A stretch of 64,000 nucleotides of DNA from Octopus sinensis (GCF_006345805.1 NC_043011.1:39506464-39570463), one strand, 5' to 3'. Positions 1 through 13,701 are shown, counted from the stretch's first letter. Notes: generated by a model not told the origin, from the sequence alone. Numbers and translations are program-made.

Positions 1-157
1 ACCTCAGCAGGATTTGAACTCAAAACATAAAGACAGATGAAACATCACATGGCATTTCATCCAGTGAGCTGACATTTCAGCCAGCTCAATGAATTAACAA
101 TAATGATGATGATGATGAGGAGGAGGAGGAGGAGGAGGAGGAAAGGAAAATTGCTGA

Positions 158-202
<45 letters not shown>

Positions 203-368
203 CATTATTAACTATTATTATTATTATTATTACTATTATTATTATTATTATTATTAACTATTGTCTTTGATTATATCAATATTACTTTTTTTATTATTAT
301 TATCGATATTATTATTATTATTAACTATTATTATGTTTGATTATATTATGATTACTCTTATTATTATC

Positions 369-462
<94 letters not shown>

Positions 463-724
463 ATTATTATCTTTGATTATATTATTATTACTCTTATTAT
501 TATTGTCACTCATTATTATTATTATAATTATTAACTATTATCTTTGATTATATTATTACTCTTATTATTATTATTATTATTATTATCATTATTATAATTA
601 TTAACTATTATTATCTTTGATTATATTAATATTACTCTTTTTATTATTACTATCATTATTATTATTATTATTATTAACTATTATTATCTTTGATTATATT
701 ATGATTACTCTTATTATTATTGTC

Positions 725-781
<57 letters not shown>

Positions 782-794
782 CATTATTATTATA

Positions 795-833
<39 letters not shown>

Positions 834-892
834 TATTATTATTAACTATTATTATCTTTCATTATATTATTATTACTCTTATTATTATTGTC

Positions 893-938
<46 letters not shown>
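158..938. repeat. (TTA)n microsatellite with recurring higher-order unit
   Basis: direct inspection; ttaactattattatctttgattatatt recurs about 7 times. Confidence 0.95.
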
Positions 939-2121
939 GAAAGACAGAAGCTTTTAAGAACACTTCTCTAAATTTGTTTCATAACATTTTTTGTCTTTTT
1001 TTTTCATTTTTCTTTCAAGATTTCTCAATTGTCTCTAAGTAGATAATTACATACATTTGTACAGAAGAAATGTGATTAACAGTTTAAAAGATCTTGAGAT
1101 AATTTACTAGCAAGACTTTAAAATCCATCCAACAAAAAGATAAATAAATAAAAATTGTCAAAAACAAATAGAAATAAAAATAAAAAATAAGAAAAAAAAT
1201 GAAGCTACTGGCATCTTTAAGGATGTTGATGAATAAATTAATAAAGAATCAACATTAATTGTTTTTATGGTGGTAGTGGTTCTTGGTGGTGGTGGTGATG
1301 TTAGTGAAGTCACAGCTTTTGCACCATATCCACAATGTTTAATAATAGCTAAATAGGTTGCATCTGAGCCATTTTCTTTGTTGCAGTTCTTCTTATTTCA
1401 GTTGCAATAGTTGCTGCAAGTGCTTCAGTGCTGGGTCTTGTCTTCCAGATTTCTCTCAGCTTTGATATGAGAAACAGCTTTTTCTCCTTAATGTCTCGAA
1501 GGAACTGACTCTGACCCCAACCCTAACCCCCCGACCCCTCCCACCTAACGACCCAGCAAGTAAAAAAATGACAGTTAAGCTAAGGATATTATCGCTGTTA
1601 TAGTTAGGAATAGGAAAATATTTAATTAACCCTTTAGAATTCAGATTTTTTAGTGAAATATAATGCTTATTAATTCACATTGTTTGGAATTAATTCTGTA
1701 TTGTCTTGTAACTTCAGCATTTCAATGATGATGAAGATCATCATCATCATCATGATCATCATCATGATCATCTAAATTCCATTACCCATGCTGGCATGGG
1801 TTTGACAGTTTGACGAGGGCTGGTAACCTGAGGGGCTGCACCAGACGCCAATCTGATTTGGCATGGTTTCTATGGCTGGGTGTCCTTTCTGATGCCAACC
1901 ACTCCGAGAATGTCATGGGTGCTTTTAAATGCTACCGGCATGAGTTCCAATTTCGTGACACCAGTATCTGCCACAATTATGATTTCACTTGGCTTGATGG
2001 GGCTTCTTAAGCACAGCATATCACCAAGGGTCTCAGTGGTTGTATATTTTTAGAATGGTATCCAAAGGGAGGATGTGAGAGGTTGGATCTGGTCAATTTT
2101 AGTATAAAACACACAGAATAT

Positions 2122-2598
2122 CTATTTCTTTATTTCCCACAGGGGGCTTAACATAGAGGCAACAACAAAGACAGACAAAGGGATTAAGTCGATTATATCG
2201 ACCCCAGTGTGGAACTGGTACTTATTTAATCAACTCTGAAAGGATGAATGGCAAAGTCAACCTCAGCAGAATTTGAACTCAGAACACAAAGACAGATGAA
2301 ATACCACTAAGCAGTTCACCCCATGTGCTAACGATTCTACCAGCTCACCACCCTACTGAATATTAGGGCTGGTTAATTAATATACTTTTCTACTCTAGGC
2401 ACAAGGCCCAAAATTTGGGGGAGGGGTCGGTAGTCAATTAGATTGACCCCAGTTTGCAACTGGTACTTAATTTATTGACCCCAAAAGGATGAAAAGCAAA
2501 GTCGACCTTGGAGGAATTTGAACTCAGAACATAAAGACAGACGAAATACCGCTAAGCATTTCGCCCTGCATGCTAACGATTCTGTGACCTCACCACCC
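2122..2598 (-). mobile_element. Two tandem tRNA-derived SINEs, family A (head GGCGGCGAGCTGGCAGAA)
   Basis: box B GAGTTCAAATTCC and central GGTCGACTTTGCCTTTCATCCTTTCGGGGTCGATAA on minus strand; more than 20 copies in window. Confidence 0.85.
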
Positions 2599-2924
2599 TA
2601 CAGAATATTGGGGCCAGTTAAAGTACTAGGGGTTAATTAATATAGGCACAGAATGGATGTGAGATTAAGAAGTTTGTTCCTCGGTGATACGGTTTCAAGT
2701 TTAGTCCCACAGCACAGCAATTTGGGCAAGTGTCTTCTGCCATAGACTCAGGCTGAGCAATGCCTTGTGAGAGAATTCATCCGATGGAAACTGCACATTA
2801 CATGTATGTGTGTGTATGTGTCTGTGCACCCACAAACATGGGTGAATGAGTTTGTGACTCCACACATACGTGTGTGTGTGTGTATGTGTATATATCATTG
2901 TCATCATCATCATCATCATCATCA

Positions 2925-3292
2925 TTCAACATCTATTTTCCATGCTGGCATGGGTTGAACAGTTTGACTGGAAACTAGTAAAGCTGGGGAGCTGCACCAG
3001 GTTCCAATCTGATTTGGTCAGGTTTCTATGGCTGGATGCCCTTCCTAATGCCAACCACTCCAAGTGTATAGAGGGTGTTTTTTTACATGCCACTGGCACA
3101 GGTGCTAGTCAGACAGTACTGGCATAAGCCAGGACTACAATTTTGCTCAACTTGACAGGTCTTCACAACCGTAGCATATCACCTAGTATTTGCAGGATGC
3201 TCTTTACGTACCAGTTATGCGACACTATCAATGGCCATGACTATGATCTCACTTGGCTTGGTGGCTCTTCTCAAGCACTCACTTGGCTTGAC

Positions 3293-3324
<32 letters not shown>

Positions 3325-3770
3325 CATCATCATCATGCCAATTTTCCATGCTGGCATGGGTTGGACAGCTTGACCTGAGCTGGCAAGGCTATGGGCCACA
3401 CCAGGCTCCATTGCATGTTCTGGTATGGTTTCTATGGCTGGATGCCCTTCCTAATGCCATCCATTCCACAGAATGTACTTGGTGCTTTTTATGTAGCACC
3501 AGCACCAGTGCTTTTAACATGGTACTAGTATGTGGCGGACATGTCTTCTTGGGTACAGCAAGGTACTAAATACCTTGGTCCTTTGTCATCTCCCTCATAA
3601 GGTTCAGTGTCTTGAGAGTGGCCTTCAAATACATTGTCCTATGTCTTCCTGGGTCTCCCTCTTCCACAAGTTCCATCCACTTTGAATGATTGGCATTTTT
3701 TTATGCAACTATCAACATCCATATACATCATATGACTAAACAAGCACAATCATCTCTCTTGCACACTGCA
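2925..3770 (-). mobile_element. RTE-clade LINE 3' fragments (family D) with (ATG)n tails
   Basis: shared ccatgctggcatgggttggac...ggatgcccttcctaatgccaaccac block; decayed GRGRPRKT codons near 3640-3670. Confidence 0.75.
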
Positions 3771-3778
3771 TCTAATTC

Positions 3779-3811
<33 letters not shown>

Positions 3812-3978
3812 GGTGCAGGAGTGGTTGTGTGGTAAGTAGCTTGCTTACCAAGCATATGGTCCTGCGTTCAGTCCCACTACGTGCCACTTTGGGCAAGTGT
3901 CTTCTACTATAGCCTCGGGCTGACCAAAGCCTTGTGAGTGGATTTGGTGGGCGGAAACTGGAAGAAGCCCATCAAATA

Positions 3979-4012
<34 letters not shown>

Positions 4013-4232
4013 AGTGCATATATGTTTGTGTGTCTGTGTTTGTCTCCTCTAACATCGCTTGATAACCAATGCTGGTGTGTTTACGTCTACGTAACTTAGC
4101 AGTTTGGCAAAAGAAGCCGATGCAATAAGTTCTAGGCTTACAGAGAATAAACTCTGGGGTCGATTTGCTCGACTAAAGGCAGTGCTCCAGCATGGCCACA
4201 GTCAAATGACTGAAACAAGTAAAATGAAAAGA
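3812..4232 (+). mobile_element. Full-length tRNA-derived SINE, family B (head GGCGCAGGAGTGGCTGTGTGG), internal (TA)/(TG) tract
   Basis: box A/B-like head, accttgggcaagtg core, tail cagtcaaatgactgaaacaagtaaaa; matches copies at 16156, 20763, 24289, 34047. Confidence 0.85.
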
Positions 4233-5037
4233 ATATATATACAGTGAGTTGGTGAGCATCAAACAAGCTCAGTATAGATAACAGAGAGTAGTGCTCAAAT
4301 GACAACTTCTTCATCCAGGGCAAGGTGCATAGTATTGAGTGGTTTTAAGAGAAATCCAGATGGAGCTGCTATGGCAGGGGTAATGGAGATAAACACAGTT
4401 ACACTTAAGACATATGTTCATATGGAGTAGAAAATATAGACTATAAGATACAGAAAAAAATATATACATTAAAAAATTATGTAATGTCTAATCTCGACAG
4501 CTGTTTAAAGAGGCCCAGAGTTACATAATAACTATAATTGATGGGTGACATGCACATAATGTCGCAGGTATGTAAATTTCAGGCCTTGTCCCTGTAGTAA
4601 GAAGGATTATTATTACTATTAATACAGCACTAGCACCAGCAGGAGGAGGAGCTGCAGCAAGAGGAATAGGAAGAGGAGGAGGAGGGGGAGAGAGGATATG
4701 GGGGTGGGAAAGGGGAGGGGGGGCAGAGGAGGACTAGGTGAGGAGAAACAGCTGGAGGAAGAGAAGCAGCAAGAGGAGGCGAAGCAGCAAGAGGGGGAGA
4801 AGCAGCAGCAGCAGGAGGGGAGAATGAGCAGGAGGGGTAAGAAGACAAGCAGCAGCAGTAGCAGTAACAGGAGGAGGAGGGGTAGCAGCAGCAGCAGCTC
4901 CAGAAGGCAGAGAAGCAGCAGGAAGTGGAGGGGGAGAATGAGCAGGCGGGGGGTGGGGGAGAAGACAAGCAGCAGCAGCAGTAAAGATGTTGCCATTAAT
5001 ACTGCATGTATTGTAAAGACATAGGTAATCAACAAAC

Positions 5038-5131
5038 CAATGGAATCTGGTATGAATGTTTGAGGCCTCCATTTTTCAACAATGTCCTTCAAATTGTTCA
5101 GCCTTTGTGAGTATCGGTTTTGTATGATGAC
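5038..5131 (-). CDS. CFAP221: CFAP221 internal exon J (VIIQNRYSQRLNNLKDIVEKWRPQTFIPDSI)
   Basis: catttttcag acceptor, phase 0 start continuing the KRFIQAVHK-VIIQNR helix; donor gtttgt is the first plausible GT so 3' boundary is less certain. Confidence 0.8.
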
Positions 5132-5637
5132 CTGAAAAATGGTTTAACACATTTAAATGCAAGTACATGTGTGTGTGTGTATACTTGTTTGTCAGTATGT
5201 GTCTGCGATTGTTTGTTTGTGTGTTTGTGTATTTGTTTGTATGTGCAAGTAGTCGCACCTAAATAATATGTGGCATAGCAGGTAAACAAGAGTGAATATT
5301 TTGGGGAATGCACATAAACATACATGCATGCACGCATACATACATACATACATACATACATACATACATACATACATACATACATACATAAATACATGCA
5401 TACATACATACATACATCAGCATCATCATCATCATCATCATCGTTTGATGATAAGTACATAAATACATACATACATACATACATACATACATACATACAT
5501 ACATGCATGCATACATATATACATACATACATATATGTATATATATGCATGTATTTACAGATATGTATGTTTGGATATTTGTATACAAATCAATGCAAAC
5601 AGATTAGATATACAAAACGCATTCACATACAAATATC

Positions 5638-5675
<38 letters not shown>

Positions 5676-5845
5676 TAGATTATCTTTATATATATATTAT
5701 ATATTTATAGAGACAGTGAAAGAGAGAAGTATATGAACACATAGCACACATATATACATATATAGATACATGCATATATATCAATATATATACATATATT
5801 TATATATATATATGCATACATATACATACATGAACATATACATAT

Positions 5846-5911
<66 letters not shown>

Positions 5912-5914
<3 letters not shown>

Positions 5915-6729
5915 ATTAATCAATATAGGGTGGCAAAAAAATTTTGTAGAATTTTTTTGCCACCAGCGGCCTAGTGGGAAAAAATTAAATAGTCATAGAC
6001 CATTTTTAAGTTCAACATCACAATCAAGGAACGGCCATAATAGGCCATTCACCCACTTTAATTTAATCAGGTTAGTTACCATTAAACAGTAGACGAAACG
6101 GTGCATCGTATAAGAAATTACAGGGTAAATGTTTTTTAATTTTCTCCTGGTTTACGGAATTGATGTTTATTTTGCGGTTAAAGCTTTTGGCTGTTATTTC
6201 TAGTGGGTGAATGGCCTATTATGGCCGTTCCTTGATTGTGATGTTGAACTTAAAAATGGTCTATGACTATTTAATTTTTTCCCACTAGGCCGCTGGTGGC
6301 AAAAAAATTCTACAAAATTTTTTTGCCACCCTATATTGATTAATTATGAATTTTCTGGTTAATTCCGTAATGGAATCGGCGGCTTATATTTATTTGCTGC
6401 CGATAAATTTGGCGCGAGTGCGATGATTTGAAATTTTAGGTCAGATATTGCCGAGGCAGGGACGGAATGCCTCGTGAAAAATATCTGTTCCGACTTGGCT
6501 ATTTCTTACTGATGAATCTAAGGGCCTATGGTAGATTGGCTTGATTTAATTTAATCAGGTTAGTTACCATTAAACAGTAGATGAAACGGTGCATCGTATA
6601 GAAATTATAGGGTAAATGTTTTTTAATTTTCTCCTGGTTTACGGAATTGATGTTATTTTGCGGGTTTTAAAGCTTTTGGCTGTTATTTCTAGTGGGTGAA
6701 TGGCCTTATGGCCGTTCCTTGATTGTGAT
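5912..6729 (+). mobile_element. Penelope-like pLTR / retrozyme-type non-coding element with 5' inversion
   Basis: 146-bp perfect inverted repeat 5912-6057/6202-6347; direct repeat about 6057-6240 vs 6546-6729; hammerhead motif; (TA)n on both sides. Confidence 0.8.
6501..6606 (+). ncRNA. Type I hammerhead ribozyme motif with long stem II
   Basis: ATTTCTTA-CTGATGA-ATCTA..TAGAT-GAAA-CGGTGCATCG-TA-TA(A)GAAAT; nested hairpin TGGTA..TACCA in stem II. Confidence 0.8.
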
Positions 6730-6737
6730 TGTATATA

Positions 6738-6785
<48 letters not shown>

Positions 6786-6791
6786 ATATAT

Positions 6792-7020
6792 AATCAAAAT
6801 AAGCAACAAGGATATCCAGAGGTGAAGCAATAGAATCGTTTCATGTAACTCCATTTAATGGAGTCGCATGAAACGATCGTACTGCTTTACCTCTGGATAT
6901 CCTTGTGCTTATCTTGATTGTAATCACCCCATTTTGAATTATATGGATAATACCGTACCAAATTCTGGTGCCTTTAACTTAAGTAGCATATTCAAATGAA
7001 TCTAAATTTTTACTGAACTT
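6792..7020 (+). mobile_element. Palindromic Penelope-like remnant with half hammerhead
   Basis: imperfect palindrome 6792-6919 centred on ctccatttaatggag; GAAACGATCGTA at 6870-6881. Confidence 0.6.
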
Positions 7021-7384
7021 ATATATATATGTATATATATATATATTATATATATAATATAATGGCTTATGTATGCTAAAGCCATTCATTCTAACCACAT
7101 AAACACCCCTGGCACCCCCCCCACTCATTAACTCCTCCCCCATTTACATTAGATTCTTTGTAACTTTTACTTTTTATTTTTTAGCAATGACTTCTTGACC
7201 ACAAATATAGAAAAAAAACCTACCCCTATTTATGTTAGACACTTTGCGATTTTATTCTTTTATTTTCTTCCTAACAGCATTTTCCTCACTTTCCCAAATC
7301 CATCTGAACAACTGGCATCTCACCACCAGTGAATAACTTAAAGTGAAAAAGAAAGTAAATCTGGGAACTTGCGAAACATCTTAC

Positions 7385-7489
7385 ATCAACTGATGAGGCT
7401 CTCCTGCCCCATGCATTGCATCTGGTGTTATTACATCATTTGACACCCACTAGGGAGCAGTGCAGAATGAAACCAAAATGGTAGTTGTG
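7385..7489 (+). ncRNA. Degenerate hammerhead-like motif
   Basis: CTGATGA 7390-7396 ... GAAA-CCAAAATGG-TA 7469-7483; stems I and II imperfect. Confidence 0.5.
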
Positions 7490-7609
7490 CTAATAAAAGC
7501 TCCTAGTTACCTTCCGTCTTCTGTATTAATCATTTAAAATATATATATATTATATATATATATATACACATATATATATAGATAGATAGATATAGATATA
7601 GATATATAT

Positions 7610-7644
<35 letters not shown>

Positions 7645-9122
7645 TATCCAATTAAAAGAAGAAAAGAAAATGGAGATATTAATTTCATTTGTAGGGGTGA
7701 TAGGTACGAATACATATGTATATATATATATGTATGTATGTATAGATATATGTGTGTGTGTATATGTGTGTATGTGTATATATGTATGTGTGTGTGTGAA
7801 CATGTGTATATATATATATGTATATATACATATATAATTTTTTATAATTTTATTTATACCTTATAAATGAATATTTTATTCATTTCATTAACTATAAATT
7901 TATCTGATTTATATTTATCTTTCCTCCATCATCTCTAGTTTTACTTCATTTATTGTTCAAGTTTTATTTACTTTACTTTAACCCCTAATCATATTCTAAT
8001 CAATCGGTAAACCCTTCACCCGAGCATATAATAATACAAATTATAAACCATAATATTTAGTCTGCTGAAATGCATTGATAGGTCCACATATGACATCTCA
8101 AAGTACATCTCGTTTTACTCTGATGAAATTATGATCATGTCAGATAAATGAAAATTTAATGTTCAGATTTGTAATTAGATTATTAACTGAAGCATCATCA
8201 TCATCGTCGTAGTCAACAACAACCACTCCAAGAGTGTAGTGGGTGCTTTTAACATGCTGCCAGCACGAAGGCCAGTCAGGCAGCATTGGCATCAACCACG
8301 CTTGAATGGTGCTTTTTACATTCCACCGTCACGTGTGCCAATCAGATGGTACTGGCATCAGTTGTAAGAAACGAAGATGACCAATTTGTTAATAATAAAC
8401 AATTATTAACTTCCTAATCTCCATTTTCTTTTCTTCTTTTAACTTGATATAAACTATATGCTTAATATAAACCCTATTGTTTTAAGGGAACTTCATTCTC
8501 CAACAATACTAGGTATTGAACCAGTATTTCCTTGGATGCAACCATCCCTTCATTGGGTTAACATATCCTCCAATTAAATTTATATATATATATATATACA
8601 TACACACTCATGCATATATATATATATGTAAATACATACACACATACACACACAAACACATATATATATATACATATACATAAAAATGTATGTTTATACT
8701 TTTAGATATATACATGCACACACACATACGCATATATATATGTATATGTATATATAATATAGATATAGATATATATAAATGCATATACATGTATACACAC
8801 ATATACATATATGTGTGTATGTATACATATTTACTTATCTTTAGTGTTCAGTTAATTTAATGGATTAGCTGAACAAAAACAAAAAAAAAAGACATTCCAA
8901 CAACCTCAGAAAAAGGCAAAAAAGAACAATATATAAAAAAAGTTAGTTGTTTGTGTACCATTTACATAATTCCCTTTGTTCAAACACCAAATCAAAAAAT
9001 TTCACCTACAATTAATTCCAACAACCATTCTTAAACTCAATAAGTCTTATAACGTTTTCTCAATTTCTATCTTTGGTCTCTTTTCTTCCATTTCCCCTTC
9101 CTCTACAACAACAACAACAATA

Positions 9123-9160
<38 letters not shown>

Positions 9161-9629
9161 ACTTTATTACTAAACCAATTTGGCGAGGTGGGTTTTTTTA
9201 AATCTTTTTCTTAATTATTTTTTTTGTTGTTAAATTCATTTTCTTTATATTTCTTCTTTGGCTTCTTGCACCACCTCCTTCCATTTCTTCTTTCTTCTAT
9301 CTCTTCTCCTTCTCCTCCTCCTTCTTCTTGTTTGTCACAGCAACACTGACAATCTTTCATACTGTCCCCAGCCACTGAGAATATTCCATCTACTTCTGCG
9401 GGTTGAGTTAGGCTGCGTGTGTGTGTGTGTGTGTGTGTGTGTGCATGTGCATGAGTATACACTGCTAGCAGAAACAACTGTATGTACATAAGATAATCAT
9501 TTCTTCATTGTCGTCTCATTTTCTTTACATATATTATATATATATATATTATATATATATATATATTATATATACATATATTACATATATATATATATAT
9601 ATATATAGAATATATATTATATATATAGA

Positions 9630-9843
9630 ATCGCCATGTTGATTCGCTAGCTTCTGCATGCATTTTTTTTTTTCTCTCCTTGTTTCTCTCGTGTTTCTTT
9701 CTGTGTATCTTTCTGTTGAAGAGCATAGGCTCGAAACGTAAAAGACTCGTTTTATTTATATTCCTGAGCGCCATACTAATACAATTGTTTGTTTGTACTC
9801 CACCTGCCTTCGTCTATTTGTTTATTTTCATAAAGCTTCCCGT
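9630..9843 (+). mobile_element. Short repeat family E carrying minimal hammerhead variant (9708-9745)
   Basis: TCTTT-CTGTTGA-A-GAGC atag GCTC-GAAA-CG-TA-AAAGA; other copies 21865-22018(-), 35229-35418(+), 61969-62200(-). Confidence 0.75.
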
Positions 9844-9883
<40 letters not shown>

Positions 9884-10378
9884 AGTGTGTGTGTGTATCT
9901 TATATATATATTATATTTTATATATATATATTAATGCCAAGAAAACAGGACTTGCATAATCGCCTTCATTAGCTTGCAGTTGTTTTTTGCAATAATAAGC
10001 TCAAGCACTCAAAGCTGTGTGCTTCTACAACACATAGCTTCTTTGGGACCAGCTCCAAGGGTGCTATAAGATTTTGTTGAAGCTCTCAGCTCTGAATACA
10101 CAGCTTGTTACAGCAGCAATAACAGTAAGCTAATGAAGATTACATAATGATATAACTCTTCTTTCTTTATCATTCATTGATTAACATAATGGTCTGTACT
10201 TGCCTTATACTTTACTCTAAAGCCTATGTATAGTTCTAAATACTAGTTATTAGTATTGCTGTGTTTATGAAATCATAAAACATAAATATATAAGTATGTG
10301 CATGTGTGTGCATATGTATAAATACAGGATATTAGTTCATTATAACAGTAATATAGTAATGTTGACAACATTGCTTAC

Positions 10379-10474
10379 CTTATGTACAGCTTGAATAAAC
10401 CTTTTCTTTACAAACAACCTATGGGGCCACAAATTATTCTTGTAGGGATTAAAATCAGCCACCTTTTCAGGAAT
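10379..10474 (-). CDS. CFAP221: CFAP221 internal exon I (IPEKVADFNPYKNNLWPHRLFVKKRFIQAVHK)
   Basis: tttttctgtgttag acceptor, gtaagc donor, 96 nt; F.P..NN.W..R....KRF.Q motif leading into the calmodulin-binding helix. Confidence 0.9.
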
Positions 10475-11845
10475 CTAACACAGAAAAATGAAACACACTC
10501 ATCTAAATAAATTGCATGTATATTTTATTTTAATATCAGAATCACAGAAAAGGTGGAATGCAAGACTGGTAGAATGTCAGATAAAAGGACTTAGCTATGG
10601 CTTTTTTTTTCAGAGTTCAAATATATGCTGAGGTCAACTTTGCTGTTCATCTTTTGCAGTCAATAAATAAAGTGCCTCTCAAATACTCAGTTTAGTTCTT
10701 TTCTTCTTTCTCTTCCACCCTAATTCTCTAATTTTGGCACAATGAGGGGTGTCTGTTTTCCCACATCAACAGCTCTTCTTACCAAAGGTGGCTCACATGG
10801 CACCATGCATTTGTCGTGTCACAAAGGCTGCAATATACAACCACCTCCAGTCAGGAGAGGAGAGACCTATTTCACCTGTTACAAGTTTGAGAGTAGATCA
10901 AGACCATCAACATCCACAGGGCTTTCAGTCATTCACTTTACCAAACAGAATTCTTGTCGTTCTCCCACTGGTACCAGCTATACATTGTAAAATTTCAAAA
11001 GGAACCATCATTCCCTCCCTCTCTCACACACACTCTCAGGATTGACAACAGCCAAAAAGATTGGTATCTCATAATTATACACCAGGAAACAAAAAAAAAA
11101 AACAGCTGGAAACCATCCTTATGTTCTGTCACGAAAACTCTGTAATAAGCACATTGTACTTACTAATATGGTTACCAAGGGAGATAAGAGTCATCTTGTG
11201 CAATTGATGGCACAAGAAAGGGTTATATTGCAAATCAATATAATTAACAGTACCATCCTTCTAAACTATTTGGCATTTTTTTTAGTGCCTGGATAAGAAA
11301 AACAAGATGAATATTAATTACAAAGCACTGACATGTTACTGAAGAATATCTCTTTGGATTAGTTTCCATTAATTCCCCTGCCAGCTGATTTTGAAGCTGA
11401 GATAAATGCTGCCATATTTAATACCACGAGCAAAAAGAGATTAATTTGATTTAATTAAAATAAACTCTATCTCTTTATCATTTAAATTGACCATATTCAA
11501 CCCAAATATTCTACTTGTTTCATGTTCAAACCAGTCAGATTTGACCTCTCATACCTAACCTACAATGTAATTCTAAAAAGAAACAATCACATCATCAGAA
11601 TCTTGAAGTTAAAAGATAAGACATGATTAATTCAAAACAATACAAATAAATAAGCATTGCATTTAAGACAGAGTAATCTGAATTTTAAAACGTTATTAAA
11701 GAAGGGAAGATAAGCATAATCTCATTAGCAAGTTTTAATTACATTAAATCAAGGTAAAGGGAGATAATGTTGAAATTTTGAGCAACAAAAGTTAGTATTG
11801 TACTTCCAGCATGGAGTTGGAACTACTAGCTTAAGAGCTAATAGT

Positions 11846-12786
11846 ATTTATTTCTTTATTGCCCATAGGAGCCTAAACATAGAGGGGACAAACAATGACA
11901 GACAAAGGGATAAAGTCGATTACATTGACTCCAGTGCATAACTGATACTTAATTTATCGACCCCCGAAAGGATGAAAGGCGAAGTCGACCTGAGCGGAAT
12001 TTGAACTCAGAATATAATGGCAGACAAAATACCGTTAAGGATTTTATCCCAGTATGCTAACAATTCTGCCAGCTCGCCACCTTAGCAATTAATAAATATT
12101 TTTTTCTACTCTAGGCACAGGGCCTGAAATTTTTGGGGAGGGGGACCAGTTGATTAGATCGACTCCAGTACACAACTGGTACTTAATTTATCTATCCCCG
12201 AAAGAATGAAAAGCAAAGTCAACCTTAGTGGAATTTGAACTCAGAACATAAAGACAGATGAAATACCACTATGCATTTCGCCTGGCGTGCTAACGTTTCT
12301 CCCAGCCCACCACCTTAAGGACTAATATTAACACTACTACTAATAATAATAATCTTTTGTACTATAGGCACAAAGCCTGGAATTTTGTGTTCTGGGGGCA
12401 ATTGCTTACACTGACCCTGTTGCTTGACTTGTACTTATTTTATCAAGCCCAGAAAGTATGAAAGGTAAAGTTGACCTCGGTAGAATTTGAACTCAGAACA
12501 TAAAGATAGGTGAAATGTCACTAAGCATTTTGTCCGGCATGCTAACAATTCTACCACTAACCAATAATAATAATCCTTTCTAATTGTGGCACAAGGCCAG
12601 CAATTTGATGGGAGGTGTTAAGTCGATTACATCGACCCCAGTGCACAACTGGTACTTATTTTATCAACTCAAAAAAGGATGCAAAGCAAAGTCAACCTCG
12701 GTAGAATTTGAACTTAGAATGTGAAGAAGGAAAAACTGCCGCTAAGCATTATGACCAGCATGCTAATGATTCTGCCAGCTCACCAC
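11846..12786 (-). mobile_element. Cluster of four co-oriented family A SINEs
   Basis: repeated gaccccgaaaggatgaaaggcaaagtcgacct...gaatttgaactcagaac units separated by AAT-rich spacers. Confidence 0.85.
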
Positions 12787-12990
12787 TGGAGGAGAAGGAG
12801 GGGGAGGAAGAAAGAGGAGGAGGAGGAAGAAGAAGAAGAAGAAGAAGAAGAATTCTTTGCAGGGTTCTTGAAACATGACCAGTAAAACAAGTGTCACCTT
12901 AATCTGCTGGCTGTGGACAGCTGACACTTCCCATCATACCCAGCAATATAAGTTGTGAGTTTTAATACAACAACAACAATAATAATAATG

Positions 12991-13048
<58 letters not shown>

Positions 13049-13063
13049 TAATAATAATAATAA

Positions 13064-13470
13064 TTTCAGTTATTGGCCACCAGGGCTGACAAATAGGAGA
13101 CAATACAGTAGGCATGGACAGTGGGGGGGTTTATGTAAGAAACAACAAGTACACAAAACGATAACAATAATATCAAACAAGGAGAATATAAAAATGGAAG
13201 TTCCCTAAAAGGAGTGGGGGTAACCACCTGGGGTTGGCTCAGGTACCCCACCAATCCTGAAACACTTGATGCATCAAGGGTACTCGGCAAGGGCACCCTT
13301 GTCCCTCTGAAATTCTACAAAGCCTACAGATGCATTATTAGAGTAGGTCCACTCACACAGACCATTTTCACTACATTCACCCACCTTCGGGCAAATGCAT
13401 TGGGCGGAGGGCAGCGCTTCTCTCTTCACTCTCATCTTCCTTTCCAAATGAAATCTGAAAAAGGTGATGA
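13064..13470 (-). mobile_element. L1/Tx1-like LINE 3' fragment
   Basis: minus-strand FFRFHLERKMRVKRE...(frameshift) RRWVNVVKM resembling Tx1 ORF2 C-terminus, then 3'UTR ending at (TTA)n. Confidence 0.6.
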
Positions 13471-13701
13471 AGGAATGGCAGCAATTTTCAGGAGGGGATA
13501 AATCAATTAAATTGACTCCAGTGTTCAAATGGTGCTTATTTTATCACCCCCACCCTCACCCCCAGAAGGATGAAAAGTAAAGTCAACCCTGACAGCATTT
13601 GAACTCAGAACAAAGATGAGCAAAATACCACTAAGCATTTCGTCCAGCATGCTAACAATTCTGCCAGCTCACGGCTTTTAATAATAATAATAATAATAAT
13701 A

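Noticed and set aside
1345-1515. Minus-strand open stretch FLRDIKEKK...MAQMQPI* as a further CFAP221 exon
   Set aside because: No convincing acceptor and no resemblance to the CFAP221 sequence I recall
8110-8170. CTGATGA...GAAA as hammerhead
   Set aside because: Stems I and III cannot be formed convincingly
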